Source: Marsupella aquatica (taxonomy: Eukaryota > Plantae > Marchantiophyta). From it: 64,000 nt of DNA. Positions within the stretch are counted from its first letter, which is position 1. Every line of letters begins with the position of its first letter. This document shows, piece after piece, positions 24,170 through 37,155 of this stretch. Below the pieces are notes generated by a model. That model was given only the letters and a program-made list of their open reading frames with translations. It had not been told where the DNA came from and did not search any database. The stretch covers positions 7,635,278 to 7,699,277 of the forward strand of contig OZ316896.1 of the NCBI GenBank assembly GCA_973895155.1. Reading direction: 5' to 3'. The translations under genes were made by a program, and so were the position numbers.

Positions 24170-26481
24170 TTAAACCAATCAGTTGGTTCAATATAGCCGT
24201 TGAATAACAACAAAAATCAATTGATTTACATCGTCCAAACGCTTAATGTATCTTTGTTTATCATTATTCAACGTTTGTTTATACTGTCGTTACTAACCTC
24301 GTACATCAAACAAGCCTTAAACCGATTGGCAAAGTGAGACAACAATTATTCTTTTCAGCTGAAATGGGACGATCGATCATAGTTAGACACAAGGACACGC
24401 AGGATGTCATCACAGTTATCGTATCCCCTGAATCTCAGTCAAGGAGAGTTTTGGATGAATACTTGGGTAAGATTTGATGTTTCAAAAGAGTGTATTCTCT
24501 CGGTGTCCCTCCTCCCTAAGGATTCAAAGGAAAATACCATCTTCTACAATGTCGTTGATGGGCTCAGGTTTTGGACGATGTATCCGGATAAAGTATATGA
24601 GGTCTTTGTTTTGGAAGATTCTGTAGTATCGGAAGATCTATGTCCTGTTCTCGGTGGTGTTGATGTTGTCAATCTCTCTGACACTTTGGAAGATGAGGGG
24701 AAAAATTCTCCCCTTTCCTTTCATGTCCCAAAAAGGATCCCAGTGGATCCCTTGGTTGTGAAGATGGAGGTTCGAGATGTTCCAATTGTATATCGGCAAA
24801 GTGCAATGGATACTATCCTAAAATCAAAGGGGCATAGCGAGTTATCTCATTTCATTAGGGAGAAGGATTTCACGCATCAAATAGTTTCCAGCCTCCCGAT
24901 GACATACAATGGGAATGTTGTGTTTGAGTTGCCTCCAGTCAATTGCGTGAATTCAAAAGGGGAACGACTGAAGGACATGGACCGCGGGAAGGATTGCTAT
25001 TACTGGACGCGCATCGTCAAAACATCTTTGAATGTTTTACCGAAGAAGATGTGTGGGATTTTGGTAAGGTGCAGTGTACCGGTTCTCTTGAATGTCGGAA
25101 TAATTCCTGCCAATTCTGGAGAGACAAAAAGACTAGGAACAACCAAGTCTGGGCAAGATCACCAAAACTCTCAGGAACCTTTTGAGTTGGAGAACTCATC
25201 CCGCAAGGTGGTATTGTCTGTCACCACTGCTCTGAACCTCCAATGTGTACGAGATCGTGTCCGGCCATGATGTTCTATATGTATCCTTCGGCCAAAGTGG
25301 ATTCAACACATTTGGCGTATATGTCCCAGCTGGCTGTGCACATGGGATTTCACAATCATCCCAATCGTCGGGTGTTGGTCGAGAGAGGTTGAAAAGGTTG
25401 CTAAGACTCACCTCGCAAAGGAGTTCCATGCTAATCCACGAGCTACGCCCGCTAGGATAAAAAATATGGCTACAGACACTCTCACCAATGCCCTCTGTGA
25501 GGAATCCGTGGAGGAAATGTCATCGGAAGAGGAGAAGGAGACATGGGAGTCCCTCATGGTTGTTGCTACACCACAAAAGTTTGCTTCTGTTCTGTGAAGT
25601 GTGAGGCAAGACCAGAACGGTAAAGGTGAGCTTGAATATTTGGTGTGGATGCAAAAGTGTGTGAGACTTCCCTTTCTTCATAGGTATTTGCTTCCAGGCC
25701 AAGGATGTCGAGACGAAAGTGCTCACATTTTCAAGATGACTGTGAAAGGCGAAGGATCTGGGATTGACCTGCTCTGGAAATGCAGCCTAGTGGTTCATTA
25801 GAGGGGTCATGGGTGAGTTTTGACGTCATGCATAGAATTACATCACACTGACTAACTTTTAGTGTTCATGTATATGATCATCACTATCGGGCACTTTGTA
25901 CAATTTTCACTTGTGAGTTAAAGGCTGAAGACACCAAGTCCTTAGAGAGAGCGTGGCGATTGATGATAGAAGTTGCGAGTGAAAATGGCCTAGAGAACAT
26001 TCAAATTTGAGGATTCATGGCGGACAATGCCCAGGCTGGTTGGAATGCGGTGCAAAATGTTTTCTTCAATGGGGTACCTGATCCTGACCGAGAGCGATCA
26101 GATGCGTTTCATTTTTATCAGTCATTTCGTCGGCATTCACGCAAAGGTGTTCCAGAAGGAAATCTCAAAGAACACAAGAAGATGTGGGATGGTCTTCGTA
26201 ACGCAAAAACATTTTTGGACGCATATTGTATGTCAAGAGAGATCAACAATTGGTGGCGAGCTGGAAATTGCCATCAGGGGAAGCTTCGAATGTTGCAAGG
26301 ATGGCTCTCATGGTGGGTCGTCCGTTGGAGACAGTGGGGAAACTTCATAAGACTGGTAAGTCTTTTCTTATATTCACGATAGTCCGTTACCAATGTTTTG
26401 TAATAGCGCCCGACGCTAATATGGAAAATGAGTACTCGGAGTCCAATGCCTTGTTACAGTATAGTAGCGGCCAAGTGCTAG

Positions 26482-26955
<474 letters not shown>

Positions 26956-27038
26956 AAGTTAATAGCGAATGAAAAATAAGTGAAAAAGATATTATATTTT
27001 TAATATCTTTCTTACTTGAAGATGTACTTTCAATAAAA

Positions 27039-27124
27039 GGAAAGAGAGGGATTCGAACCCTTGATATTTTTAAAACTATATCGGTTTTCAAGACCGACGC
27101 CATGAACCACTCGGCCATCTTTCC
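27039..27124 (-). tRNA. trnS-UGA: Plastid-derived tRNA-Ser(UGA), probably a non-functional NUPT copy
   Basis: Reverse complement GGAAAGATGGCCGAGTGGTT...GTCTTGAAAACCG...GGGTTCGAATCCCTCTCTTTCC. Long variable arm, and the canonical position between psbC and psbZ. Confidence 0.9.
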
Positions 27125-27250
27125 AAAAGAAATGAGAACAAATTTAAGTTATTAAGTTCATCAAGATGTTATTCCATAATATGAACTTTTATATATATTA
27201 TTATTATCGTAAATATTAATTACTATAATAAAACTTGGAGAATTACAAGT

Positions 27251-27325
27251 ATGACTATAGCTTTCTAGTTGGTTGTATTTGCATTAATTGCTATTTCTTT
27301 CCTATTAGTTATTGGTGTACCCGTT
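27251..27325 (+). pseudogene. psbZ: psbZ 5' fragment with premature stop
   Basis: MTIAF*LVVFALIAISFLLVIGVPV; codon 6 reads TAG where Gln is expected. Confidence 0.9.
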
Positions 27326-29323
27326 ACTGTAGTTGCTAAATATATTTATTTGTTTCCGATGACAGAGCAAGAGTGTTGAGGAGGCAGGTATGATTCCGAA
27401 TTGTACTGGTTTGAAATCGGTCCATGCAAGCATGAAGGCGTGGCCAATGAAGAAGCGGGTTGGCCTCATGGAGGGATGCAAAACTGACCAAAACCGAGCC
27501 GTATGTCAGATCGCAGCTTATACTGCATACGGTCAAGGATTACATCAGGGAACTGGACCCACTATCTTTGAGTTGGCTTTCAGATCTGCGGACATGACAG
27601 GGTCTCCACGTCTATTTGAAGAAGCGACTAATCTCCTTCTTTCCAACGCAGCTGAATTTGATTTGGAAAGAACTGTTCCGTTGAATGGAGACGTCATCAC
27701 TCGATCGGTGAAACGAAAAGGTAATGCAAGTGGGAATGTCTCGGCACAAGACTCTCACAGGCATGATACTATCCTTGTGACTTCACCAAATACAAGGGGT
27801 TTGAAGAGGAGAAACCTCCATTCCATAGACTTTGAGAAGATGTCTTCCACACCTTCTGTTGGTGGAAGTAGTGTCGTTAATTTGTCTCAAACTGAGAGTG
27901 AAGATTCTGAGGAAGTCGTCATCCTTGAGACACCCTCACGTTGAACGACAAGATCTTCTGTTCCTCCCGTCAGACATGAAGCTGGGGCCGCGCCTGAGGA
28001 ATCTCTTCTCCCGATGGAAATTGACATAGCTCCAGGTCTCTGGCAGCTCCGACAAACTGCAAAACGTGGTGTTGGTCTAGCTTGTAATGGGACCCTCGGT
28101 TGGAGAGGAAGCCGCGATGAATGTCACAATCGAGTAAAGAAGGTTGGGTTTCCAAATCCATAAGGAGTTGTCGCAACATCTGTAAGAGGATGTAGACTTT
28201 TTAGAGGAGAACCTCATCCGGACCAGATATGGTTTTTCCCAAACAACAAATGTCACAAAAATCGGCCAAGAAGAGGTGTTTCAAACATTCCCAATATACC
28301 ACCCGTTCTTCCCATTGTGAGAGGGACCAATCTCCAGGAGGGCGAGATCCAATTCTTGAGAGAACAAGGTCTAATTGGTACAAGAGAGGTAAGGGAATGT
28401 CAGGAGCCATCCCCGTCTGAGTTGCGCATCGATGTGAATTTGTTCCAAGAGAGGATCAATTTAGCGGACCCAGCTTTTAGATGTGGCTCCAGGAATGGAA
28501 GAAAGTGCTTGCAGGGAGTGAATCTAACTCAAACACATTACAACAAGATCGAAGCATCCGAAACAGAAGTAATGAGACTCGTATGCGAGAGAGATGTCAC
28601 AAGTGGGAATGCGTGGGGGAAGCAGTATTGTATCAGAACACATGAACATGAGAGGACTATTGCCTCTTATTGGGTGCAGATTTGTTGTTTCCCTTGCTGT
28701 TCATGTGAGGATTTCTATCGGAGGCACATTTATAGGAAACCTTACATGCCTTGCAAACATCTACATTGGGTATTCAGGACTGTGTTGAAGTTAAGTCTTC
28801 ACGATTCGACACTATCTAGTCAACCAGTTCTGACATTGGGCGAAGTCCGTTACCTACTTGATCGACAAAATGGAACGGACATGTAGTCAATTTGGTGTCG
28901 TTCAACAACTTTAAGTGGCATTTGTCTTTTCTAACGGGCAAAAGATGTACCCGTTTCTTATCCAAAAATATGTGTTGTCTGTTGCTAGCGCCTGGCACTA
29001 GCCAAAATTTGCAACAGATAGCAAATATATTGACAGTTAAATAAAGCGCGTCTTCTTATAATGACCTCTATATTGCCCGTTATTTATCATTGAATGGTGG
29101 GCCCCATTATGTTAGCATTTCAGAGAGCGCTTATATGGTTGTTGTTTTTTAAAATGGAGCCCTTTTTGTCAACTTTGAATAACCTATAAAACTCATACAA
29201 GTAAATAGTTTCTCGTATGAGTAAACAGATTTTCTGCTATGAGTAATTGAATTACTCGTATGAGTAAATTTTTGCTCGTAACAGCAAATCTATTTACTAT
29301 TTGCTGTCACGGTGGTTATACCC

Positions 29324-30536
29324 GTTACGTACCATTATAAACTACATTTTAGAAACCTCAGTATGTCACCTCTCTCTTCACCTACAGTGATTTACGAGGA
29401 TAACCGGCCATGCGTCAAACAAATTGCAGCAGGATATATCAAAGGTGATAAGATAAAACACATTGCACCAAAAAATTTCTTTACATACGAGCTGCAACAA
29501 CATAAACAGATCGAAGTACAATGGATCCCCAACACTCAAAACACTGCCGACATCTTCACAAAGGCATTACCTCCGATCATTCATACAGAATTGACTAAAT
29601 CCTTAGGATTGCGCAGTCTTTCTTCACTTTTACAGGAATAAAGAAACAACAAAGAAGATTACCGACTTCAGGGGGAGCACACATGTTGACGAAACATTTG
29701 ACGAGACAAACGACATGCGCCATCACTCTTCTCTAGACTCCAGACTGGAGATGCGCAGAATTAAGCCATAGCATCACCGCCAAATGAAGAAGATTGAGCA
29801 GCACTTCAACAGTCACAAGAAATGACAATGCCGATGACCGATCACTGATGCTGCCTTTGAATAGCGGAAAACTCCTCAGGGGGAGCCCCTGATACATTCT
29901 ACCACTAACGCACACTACACAACTGACATCTCTCAGTCAGCTCTGAAAACTCGAACCATCACCAAGCGTTGGTGACATCAAGAACGTGAAGAAACGAAAA
30001 AACAAACGATCCAATACCTATCAAACCAAGCTTGAAATACTACTCAACCAAACCCTACATTTTTTGACAGTCAAAAGCAAACACACAAAACGACACGACC
30101 ACCTTGACTTACGATACACCGACAAATAGAACAAATTTAAATATAGGCTCAATCTGACCTATGAATAAAAATACAATAGAACAAATAGTTTAGACTCCAA
30201 TAACATTACAAGACGGTAATACTCTTTCCCCTCTAGGCCAGTAGAGGGGTTTTAATGAGGTTACGTCCATAATGATACAACCTTTTTATAGAAATACCCA
30301 TTAGAAGAAGCAAACATGATCTCCAACTTAAACTTCAACTAGTTGCAACTCCTATGTTATAAAGTTGCAAAGGGGGAGTGTTATGATACATAGGATAGGA
30401 TAGTTTAAGTCTAAGTTAAGGTTACTCCTTAACCTTAGGTAACTACCACAACTACCTAGGATAACTACCTTGTACATATACCTTTGAGATCATGAATGAA
30501 GGGATTGATTTTCTGGCTGAGCATTGTGATAAAACA
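29324..30536 (+). mobile_element. 3' remnant of a Ty1/Copia retrotransposon (Bianca-like): RNase H end, 3' UTR, PPT and short LTR (~30379-30536)
   Basis: PTVIYEDN...GYIKGDKIKHIAPK...NTADIFTKALP ends at 29641. CAGGGGGAG tracts at ~29669 and ~29877. PPT AAAGGGGGAG is followed by TGTTAT at 30379, with a likely end AAAACA at 30536. Confidence 0.85.
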
Positions 30537-31360
30537 TATTGCAATTAATCGATCAAGTGATTGATATTGTAGTAAGTAGCGGATGAACGATGAACAAAGA
30601 GGCCTTGCTTCTTTGATGTGTGTCACGCCGAGTCTTTATATCCGCTGAAGCTTTGGAGGCAGGCAAGTGGCTGGAATGTAGGTTCTACTGATGAATTGAA
30701 ATGTCTTTCTGTGCATGTCTGAACCCCTTGCAATGACGAGCTAAGTACGTAGCTCGGCACTCTATCATCATTACACTGACTGAGATCGGCTCAATTCAGT
30801 TTACTAGATTCCGTTTCCACCTGCCCTGCAGATCATCTATACGCGGAGCGACGGAAGTATTGAAAACTTCAACGCAGATTGGGAAACTGCAGAGTACAGT
30901 GATTATCCATAGGACTGTAGCTATTCGTCGGTTGTATGGCCGCAGTCAATGACCCCATATCTGGACGGTTATGCTCATCGGAATAGTTCCTTTCATAGGG
31001 GGTCCTCAATTCTCGGATGTATTCCAGTCATTAAAGAAATAAACACTTTTCACTTTCCAGTCCTTTGAGACCAAATCGAAATTGTGATCCCTGTCGTAAA
31101 AAATCTCCTTTGACGTATGCAATGATCTAAATCTACGGACGGAAGCTGAATACGCTTATTGTCGAATGACTTCATTGGCAAAGTAATAAATTGATCTATC
31201 CGTTTACGACAGCGGAATGATTAACGACGAGAGCCAATCTTGAGGGTAATTAATGCTAATTCGCATTGATTACCCTGTACGTGCTGCCCGCTGCCCGCTT
31301 GTGCTGGATCTAATTTTAGGTTATATGCCTGGTGCGAATGCATGTTGACACGAATTGGGG

Positions 31361-31425
31361 AAAGGCTCACTGGTAGCTCACCTCAGTTGGGGAGTGGGAG
31401 GTGCCAGGTTCGAGTCCTGCAATCA
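31361..31425 (+). other. tRNA-like relic (tRNA-derived SINE head or tRNA pseudogene)
   Basis: GCTCACTGGTAGC D-arm/A-box-like sequence and CAGG-TTCGAGT-CCTG T-arm/B-box (31407-31417). The acceptor stem does not close. Confidence 0.45.
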
Positions 31426-32147
31426 ACAAGAATGCTTTTTAACATTCACCCCACCCAAAAAGTGGGGATCATTCATGCTAAGTAAAATTCAAAAAACTTG
31501 TGAGGGGGCGGGCAGTAGGCGCGGGCAGGCGTACCCGAGGCCCGAGGCTCTTAATGAGCCTCGAGATTGCCTTTCGTCGTGAATGCGGAATGGGTCCAAT
31601 TAATTTCTATGGAAAGTATCTTATCGATTTATCATGAATAAACGTGGACGCCAGCAATAGCAGCGTAGGTAGAAAGTGTGAACGGAACCCTAAGTCGTCC
31701 TTCGTAATGAAACATAACTGTTTCAAAGTACTTTATCTGTTTTCACGCGGTTACGTATTTCTCGAAAGCATCCGATGACTCGATCATGATTCCATGTCGA
31801 TCGAGTTAACACCGTCCAATCTCATACATAACTGTCCCCGATCTGGGCCTGCCTAGCTTGCTTACACGCTATGTAAGCTCCGACCTGCCGGACCGAACTA
31901 AACGACTGTGAGTCGATGTAAAAGACTTGTCCACAGGAAATTGAATGACGAGTACATACCTACCTGATCACGATCCGTGCCCGTGCTCGCGTTAGACGTA
32001 CTACGATTCATATCGAAATCCCGTGCAGGAGGCCTCACAATGCAACGCGGCTGGCGCCCCTAAAACCCAGTGGCAGCCTAGGCCCGAAGGAGTGCACACA
32101 TTTACGTCAGGCAGATCGATTAAATAATTATTAAGAGCTTTCAAATG

Positions 32148-32232
32148 AATTGGTTCCGCATAAATAAGGGGATTAGTATAATGTTACAAATTAATTGGTT
32201 CCGCATAAATAAGGGGATTAGTTTAATGTTAC
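32148..32232. repeat. Direct duplication of ~40 bp
   Basis: AATTGGTTCCGCATAAATAAGGGGATTAGT(A/T)TAATGTTAC occurs twice. Confidence 0.9.
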
Positions 32233-33023
32233 GAAGAACATGGAAGAATGATCTACAAACCTAAAATACCTCCCTCTTCTTCTAGAAAGCCTTCAGCTTA
32301 TCAGATAATTGTACTTGATATCGGTAGATGTACCAGGTAGAGTGCCTCTTCTTTGTTGTTGAAAGTAAAAACAATAAAGACTAACAAGCCTGACCCCAGA
32401 AAGGCCACAAACCAGTATGTGGGTCCAACTATTCACCATGTTTAGTTTGGTTTCGTATGATATACATGAGCACCTCATAACTTGGGGTTCATGGTACCCA
32501 CTGATCTTGGGTGGTTGGAATAGTGTTGGCTTGGTGGTTAAGCAATATAATTATGGGTTACATTTGAAGTTTAATTATTGTAGTTAACTTTGGAAGTGTA
32601 TCAAGGATATCAGAGCAAAACTATAATTATAGTTTTGCTGAACATTGTACTGAATCTCTAGAAGGGTCTAAATCTAGTCTGGCTTCAACCAAAATTGCTC
32701 AATTGAGGAAACAACTCTAGTAAATTGTTTTTCAATTGTGAAATCATAAATTGATTCCATTGTTTTGCATGATCAAAGATGATCCCACAAGGAGAAATGG
32801 ACTCACTCCTACTTGGGGAAAGGTCCTACATAGAAGTCCCTTTTCCCTACTTTAACAACAAAGAAGTGGGGAAACACGCCCTATCCGGGGAAATGGAACA
32901 AACCCCACAACCCAAGGTTGGACTTTGCATGTATGTGGGAATCTTGAACTTTCACACAACCTCAAATTCCCCAACATGGAACTGGTAGGCAAACTCGGGG
33001 GGTTAACTTAGTGTATATTTTGG

Positions 33024-33252
33024 GGTACCACGTGCGATCCTAGCCTAATATAAACACACCTATTTTATAATGGGAATATTCCAAAAACATTCTCTATTTT
33101 CAATATTAATGACCTATTTTACTTTATAAAAGGTATATATTAGAGAATATTCTATAAATATTGGTCTATAATACCTTCTTTTGCTTCCTACGCTTTTTAA
33201 AAATTTAGCTGATTTCTATGAAAAATACCTATTTTGGATCGCACGTGGTTCC
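33024..33252. mobile_element. MITE-like AT-rich unit with terminal inverted repeats
   Basis: ACCACGTGCGATCC (33027-33040) and GGATCGCACGTGGT (33236-33249) form a perfect 14-bp inverted repeat. No clear TSD. Confidence 0.45.
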
Positions 33253-33672
33253 TAAGAGTTTTGATAGTCAACCCCCCGAGTAGGCAAATGAAGTTTTCAC
33301 ACCTTACATGCCCCCTACACAAGGAGGATATGCACGGTCGAGGAGTTGGGGATTTCCCCACCTGACTTCGTGAATCAGTGTACCATAACAAAGAAGTGGG
33401 GATTCCGGACATCTTAGGGAATTTGGTTGAAAATACCCATGCTTTCCCATACATAACAAGGGATTTGATACTTCTAGCAGTTCGACGTTGCCCTAGGGTA
33501 ATTTGCCTATGTGTCCCTCGGGCATGATATTTGGGGCGTTTCCCGTAATATATATACCCAGCTACATAAGGGTTTAGCGCCTCCGCATTTCCCCACATTT
33601 GCGTGTTTATTTGTATAAGCCGGAGGCAGTTGACATAATCCAGGTCCTTGGATGGTCGCACTCTTCGCAACA

Positions 33673-34195
33673 TCCGTGTGCATATTACCCGCATACCGTG
33701 GGGTATCACTGGGGTATTTGGGATGTCAGCGTCCAATTGCCGCTCTCCAAGTGGCTTTGCTGGCAGCCCTGGAGGTGTGCAGGATGATATGCATCTCCAC
33801 CATCCAATTTTGCTGTGGCAAAGTGGGGATTCCGTGTGCATATTACCCGCATACATTTGGGTATCTCTAGGGTATTTGGGTTGTCAGCGTCCAATTGCCG
33901 CTGTCCAAGAGGCTTCGCTGGCAGTCCTGGAGGTGTGCAGGATGATATGCATCTCCACCATCCAAATTTCCTGTGGTAAAGTGGGGATTCTGTGTGCATA
34001 TTACCCGCATACCGTGGGGTATCGTTGGGGTATTTGGTATGCCACTTCCAATTGCCACTCTCCAAGTGGCTTCGCTAACATCCCTGGAGGTTTGCAGGAT
34101 GATATGCATCTTCACCGTCCAGATTTCCTATGTCAAAGCAGGGATTCCTTGTGCATTTTACCTGCATACCGTGGGGTATTTCTAGGGTATTTTTG
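33673..34195. repeat. Tandem repeat, 158-bp unit, ~3.3 copies
   Basis: GTGTGCATATTACCCGCATAC recurs at 33676, 33834, 33992 and ~34150. Confidence 0.9.
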
Positions 34196-34656
34196 ATTCC
34201 AGGCTTCTTGCTGCGTCAAATTGCATCCGCATCGTCCGAATTGCCTACGATGAAGTGGGGATTCACGATGTAACGCTTATGTATTGTGGGGTATTGGGGG
34301 ATCCTCACGTATTACCAATGTATTGATGGGGTATTAAAAATGTCTGGCGTCCCCAAATGAATTGCATCAAAAACCATCCAATCATATTGCCAATGAATAC
34401 CATCAAATGTCGATGGGTATCGTGAATGTAAGGTTCTTTGTTGGGCCCAACTTACGCAAATCAAATTTCTAATATGGTTTTGAATCATTTCCTCATAGCG
34501 TTGTAAATAAGATCACAGTGAGTAACTAAGTAGCATTCATTTGTACATTAGAAACTAAGTACATTAGCATCTCCCATCTCTATATATATGTGAAACACGA
34601 AGCAACTAGTGGTGGCCCTTGATCAATATATAATGCAATCATATTCATAACCTGTC

Positions 34657-36806
34657 TAGCTTGTGCCATTCATATCTGAGCGATGTAGGTATGCTATCTA
34701 TGTAGTGAGTACCTCTTCCCTGGCTTTCTTCATAGCATTTTCAGGGAAGATCCTTTGTTGGCCATCGGCATTTAAAGCCGGAAGATGTGTAACGATCACT
34801 ACATTCTGCTCTACAATCCACCTGGCCACCATGTCCAATAACTCAGATGCATTCTTCTGAGCGTGTTTGGTGAATGGCTTGGGGGTAGTCTTTGACCGCT
34901 TGTTTGTATCTGCTACAAATGTGCGCAATTTGGCCTCCACTTTGCAGATCTTCATCAAACCCATGGCTCTCATGCACAATACTAGTTTAGCGTCTTTGGT
35001 GAGCTTTTTAAAATTCTGCAAAAGTTACAGTCTTTGGTGAGATTTTAAAATATGGTAGTACACCAATGACAAGCTATAAATGATTATTTACAGAATCGTG
35101 CAAAACTTCTTAGTACATGCTTACTATATTGGAGTCTCCAGAAGCCTGGGAATTGTTACTTCTCATCAACCGGGTTCCTTGAGCACACAAAACTTCTTCC
35201 TGGTTTGCCTGTACATATATAATGACCACATAATGAGACCACAAGAGTACATTCCACACATACAATTTTTGTCTACACATTGTACACAATGATCATTGCA
35301 ACCTAATAAAGACTGCTGGCTTATAATGGATGCAAATAAGAAATCATACCATGTTTTTGCCAGTCAACAACCGTTCCCTTGCATCCTCATGTACCGTTGT
35401 TGAAATAGCTCTAAATGAAGGTACATTTTCTTTGCCTGGGTTTGGATCCTTGCCTCTTTGTGCTCTACTCAATGGTTGATTTAGGTCCCGAATGCTTGCA
35501 AGGACTCCACCTTGTTCCTTCTCGGTCTTAACCTGCCATGCATATGTGGATGTGCAAATCATTGTATATATTGGTCAACCTAGGCTCAAAGTAGAGTGAA
35601 TTGCAAAGTCATATACATCACTTACAATAGAACTTTTAGGCCATTATAATAATTGCAATATACAGAACTATACAATGATTGATGATATATACCTTGGACA
35701 GTAGCGGGTTGTTTCCCACTACAGGACTGCTCTCAATCTTTTGTCTTTATACCTGAAAAATAAATATAAAGAAAACTCGGTGTCTTAATTTTAATTACGT
35801 ACGTATGATATATAAGAACGCAACTAGCATGACAATACACTCGTACCTCCGGTTCCGGTTGATCGTTAGGCCTTAAATTAGTGTCTTCATCATCCTCGTC
35901 AGATTCAATGTAAAGTTGGGTGGATGTAGTGAAGCAATCAACTTGCAAGTTGATAGTTGACGTTGACGATGTTTTCTCGTGGCTGCATGTAGTGGTATCC
36001 AGTACTTCAGTATCCTCGCTTTGTTCTCCATTGCTAGACCTGACCGCATCATCTACTTTGCTTTCCTCTCTATGCTCTACTTCCGCCCCTCCCTCTACAT
36101 CTTCTTCATGGCCAGCTAATGCCAACACTCGCTTCTTCGGTTTTGAAAGAGGGTTTTCCTCAACGTCAGGCATCTTCGGTAACCCCGCTCCATTGGAGGC
36201 CTTCCCTGAGACAGCAAAACCCTCAGGAGAGGGACCTATCTCCGGTAACCCCGCTCTCTTGGAGGTCTTTCTTGAGATAGCAGAACCCTGAGGAGAGGGA
36301 CCTGAATACAATTGGCATACTTTATGAGCCAGATTGGGACTCATGGAACAATATGCTCTCGGAACAAAAATGGACATGTCCTGCAATATGTACATGCACA
36401 TCAATAGTGACGGTGCATGAGTGCCAGGGAATCTTGCAATATAAATATATTTTAGAAAACCACATTCATTCAACATCTCTACCTCTCGATACATATCAAT
36501 TGGGCAACATGAAAAAACCTGCAGAACCCTAAGAAGCAGATTCATTCCGATGCAATGAACCTAGGGTTGGTAAATGCATATATATATATTTATATATGTA
36601 TATGGCACCATACTTAGTGGTTTTAAGTGCCCAAACTGTACCATCTGCAGACCCTTTGAAGGTGTCATTAATGGCACCTAGTAAGGCGCCAGCAATGACA
36701 GATTACCATCAGACAAGGCCTTCATGAACTTAATCTTCCACCATCTCACTTTCTTAATAACATGGACGCTCTATGGTATTCCACGACCAATGACCTCTCC
36801 ACTATA
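34657..36806 (-). pseudogene. 3' exons of a multi-exon gene interrupted by the Copia insertion
   Basis: Exon-like blocks at ~34660-35020, 35350-35530, 35850-36300 and 36700-36806 with GT/AG borders. The reading frame continues across the CTGCC TSD from 46755. Confidence 0.45.
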
Positions 36807-36811
36807 CTGCC

Positions 36812-37155
36812 TGTTAGATATTGCTCTAGTCTTGTGACTCATGAGCTAACCACAGTTAGGCTAACTTGGGTTAGGACCTAGCTAATGTTAGCGGTAGTGC
36901 TGTTGTGTATTAACCCAGGGCTGATGCAAGACCCTGGTGGAACTTAGGCTCATTATTACAGAGCTAGTTGAGAGATAGGGAGAGCTTGTGTTGTGGATGC
37001 TTGGTATGGCATGTCGGCCTAGAGTGCAGTAAAGCTCTTGTGTGTTCCTGTGGACATAGCCTCATATGGAGGTGCACCACGTATCTCTCTACATCAACTC
37101 TTGTACGTTGGATGGTTCATGGGCTTGCCGTTGCAAATGTTGTCTATGCTCAACA
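36812..37155 (+). repeat. 5' LTR of Copia element
   Basis: TGTTAGATA...CTCAACA. Differs from the 3' LTR by roughly 20 substitutions and a 4-bp indel, counted by eye. Confidence 0.95.

Noticed and set aside
30540-32140. Host gene in the unique-looking interval
   Set aside because: No convincing ORF or exon chain could be read.
33197-34196. Protein-coding ORFs in several frames
   Set aside because: They are by-products of the 158-bp tandem repeat.
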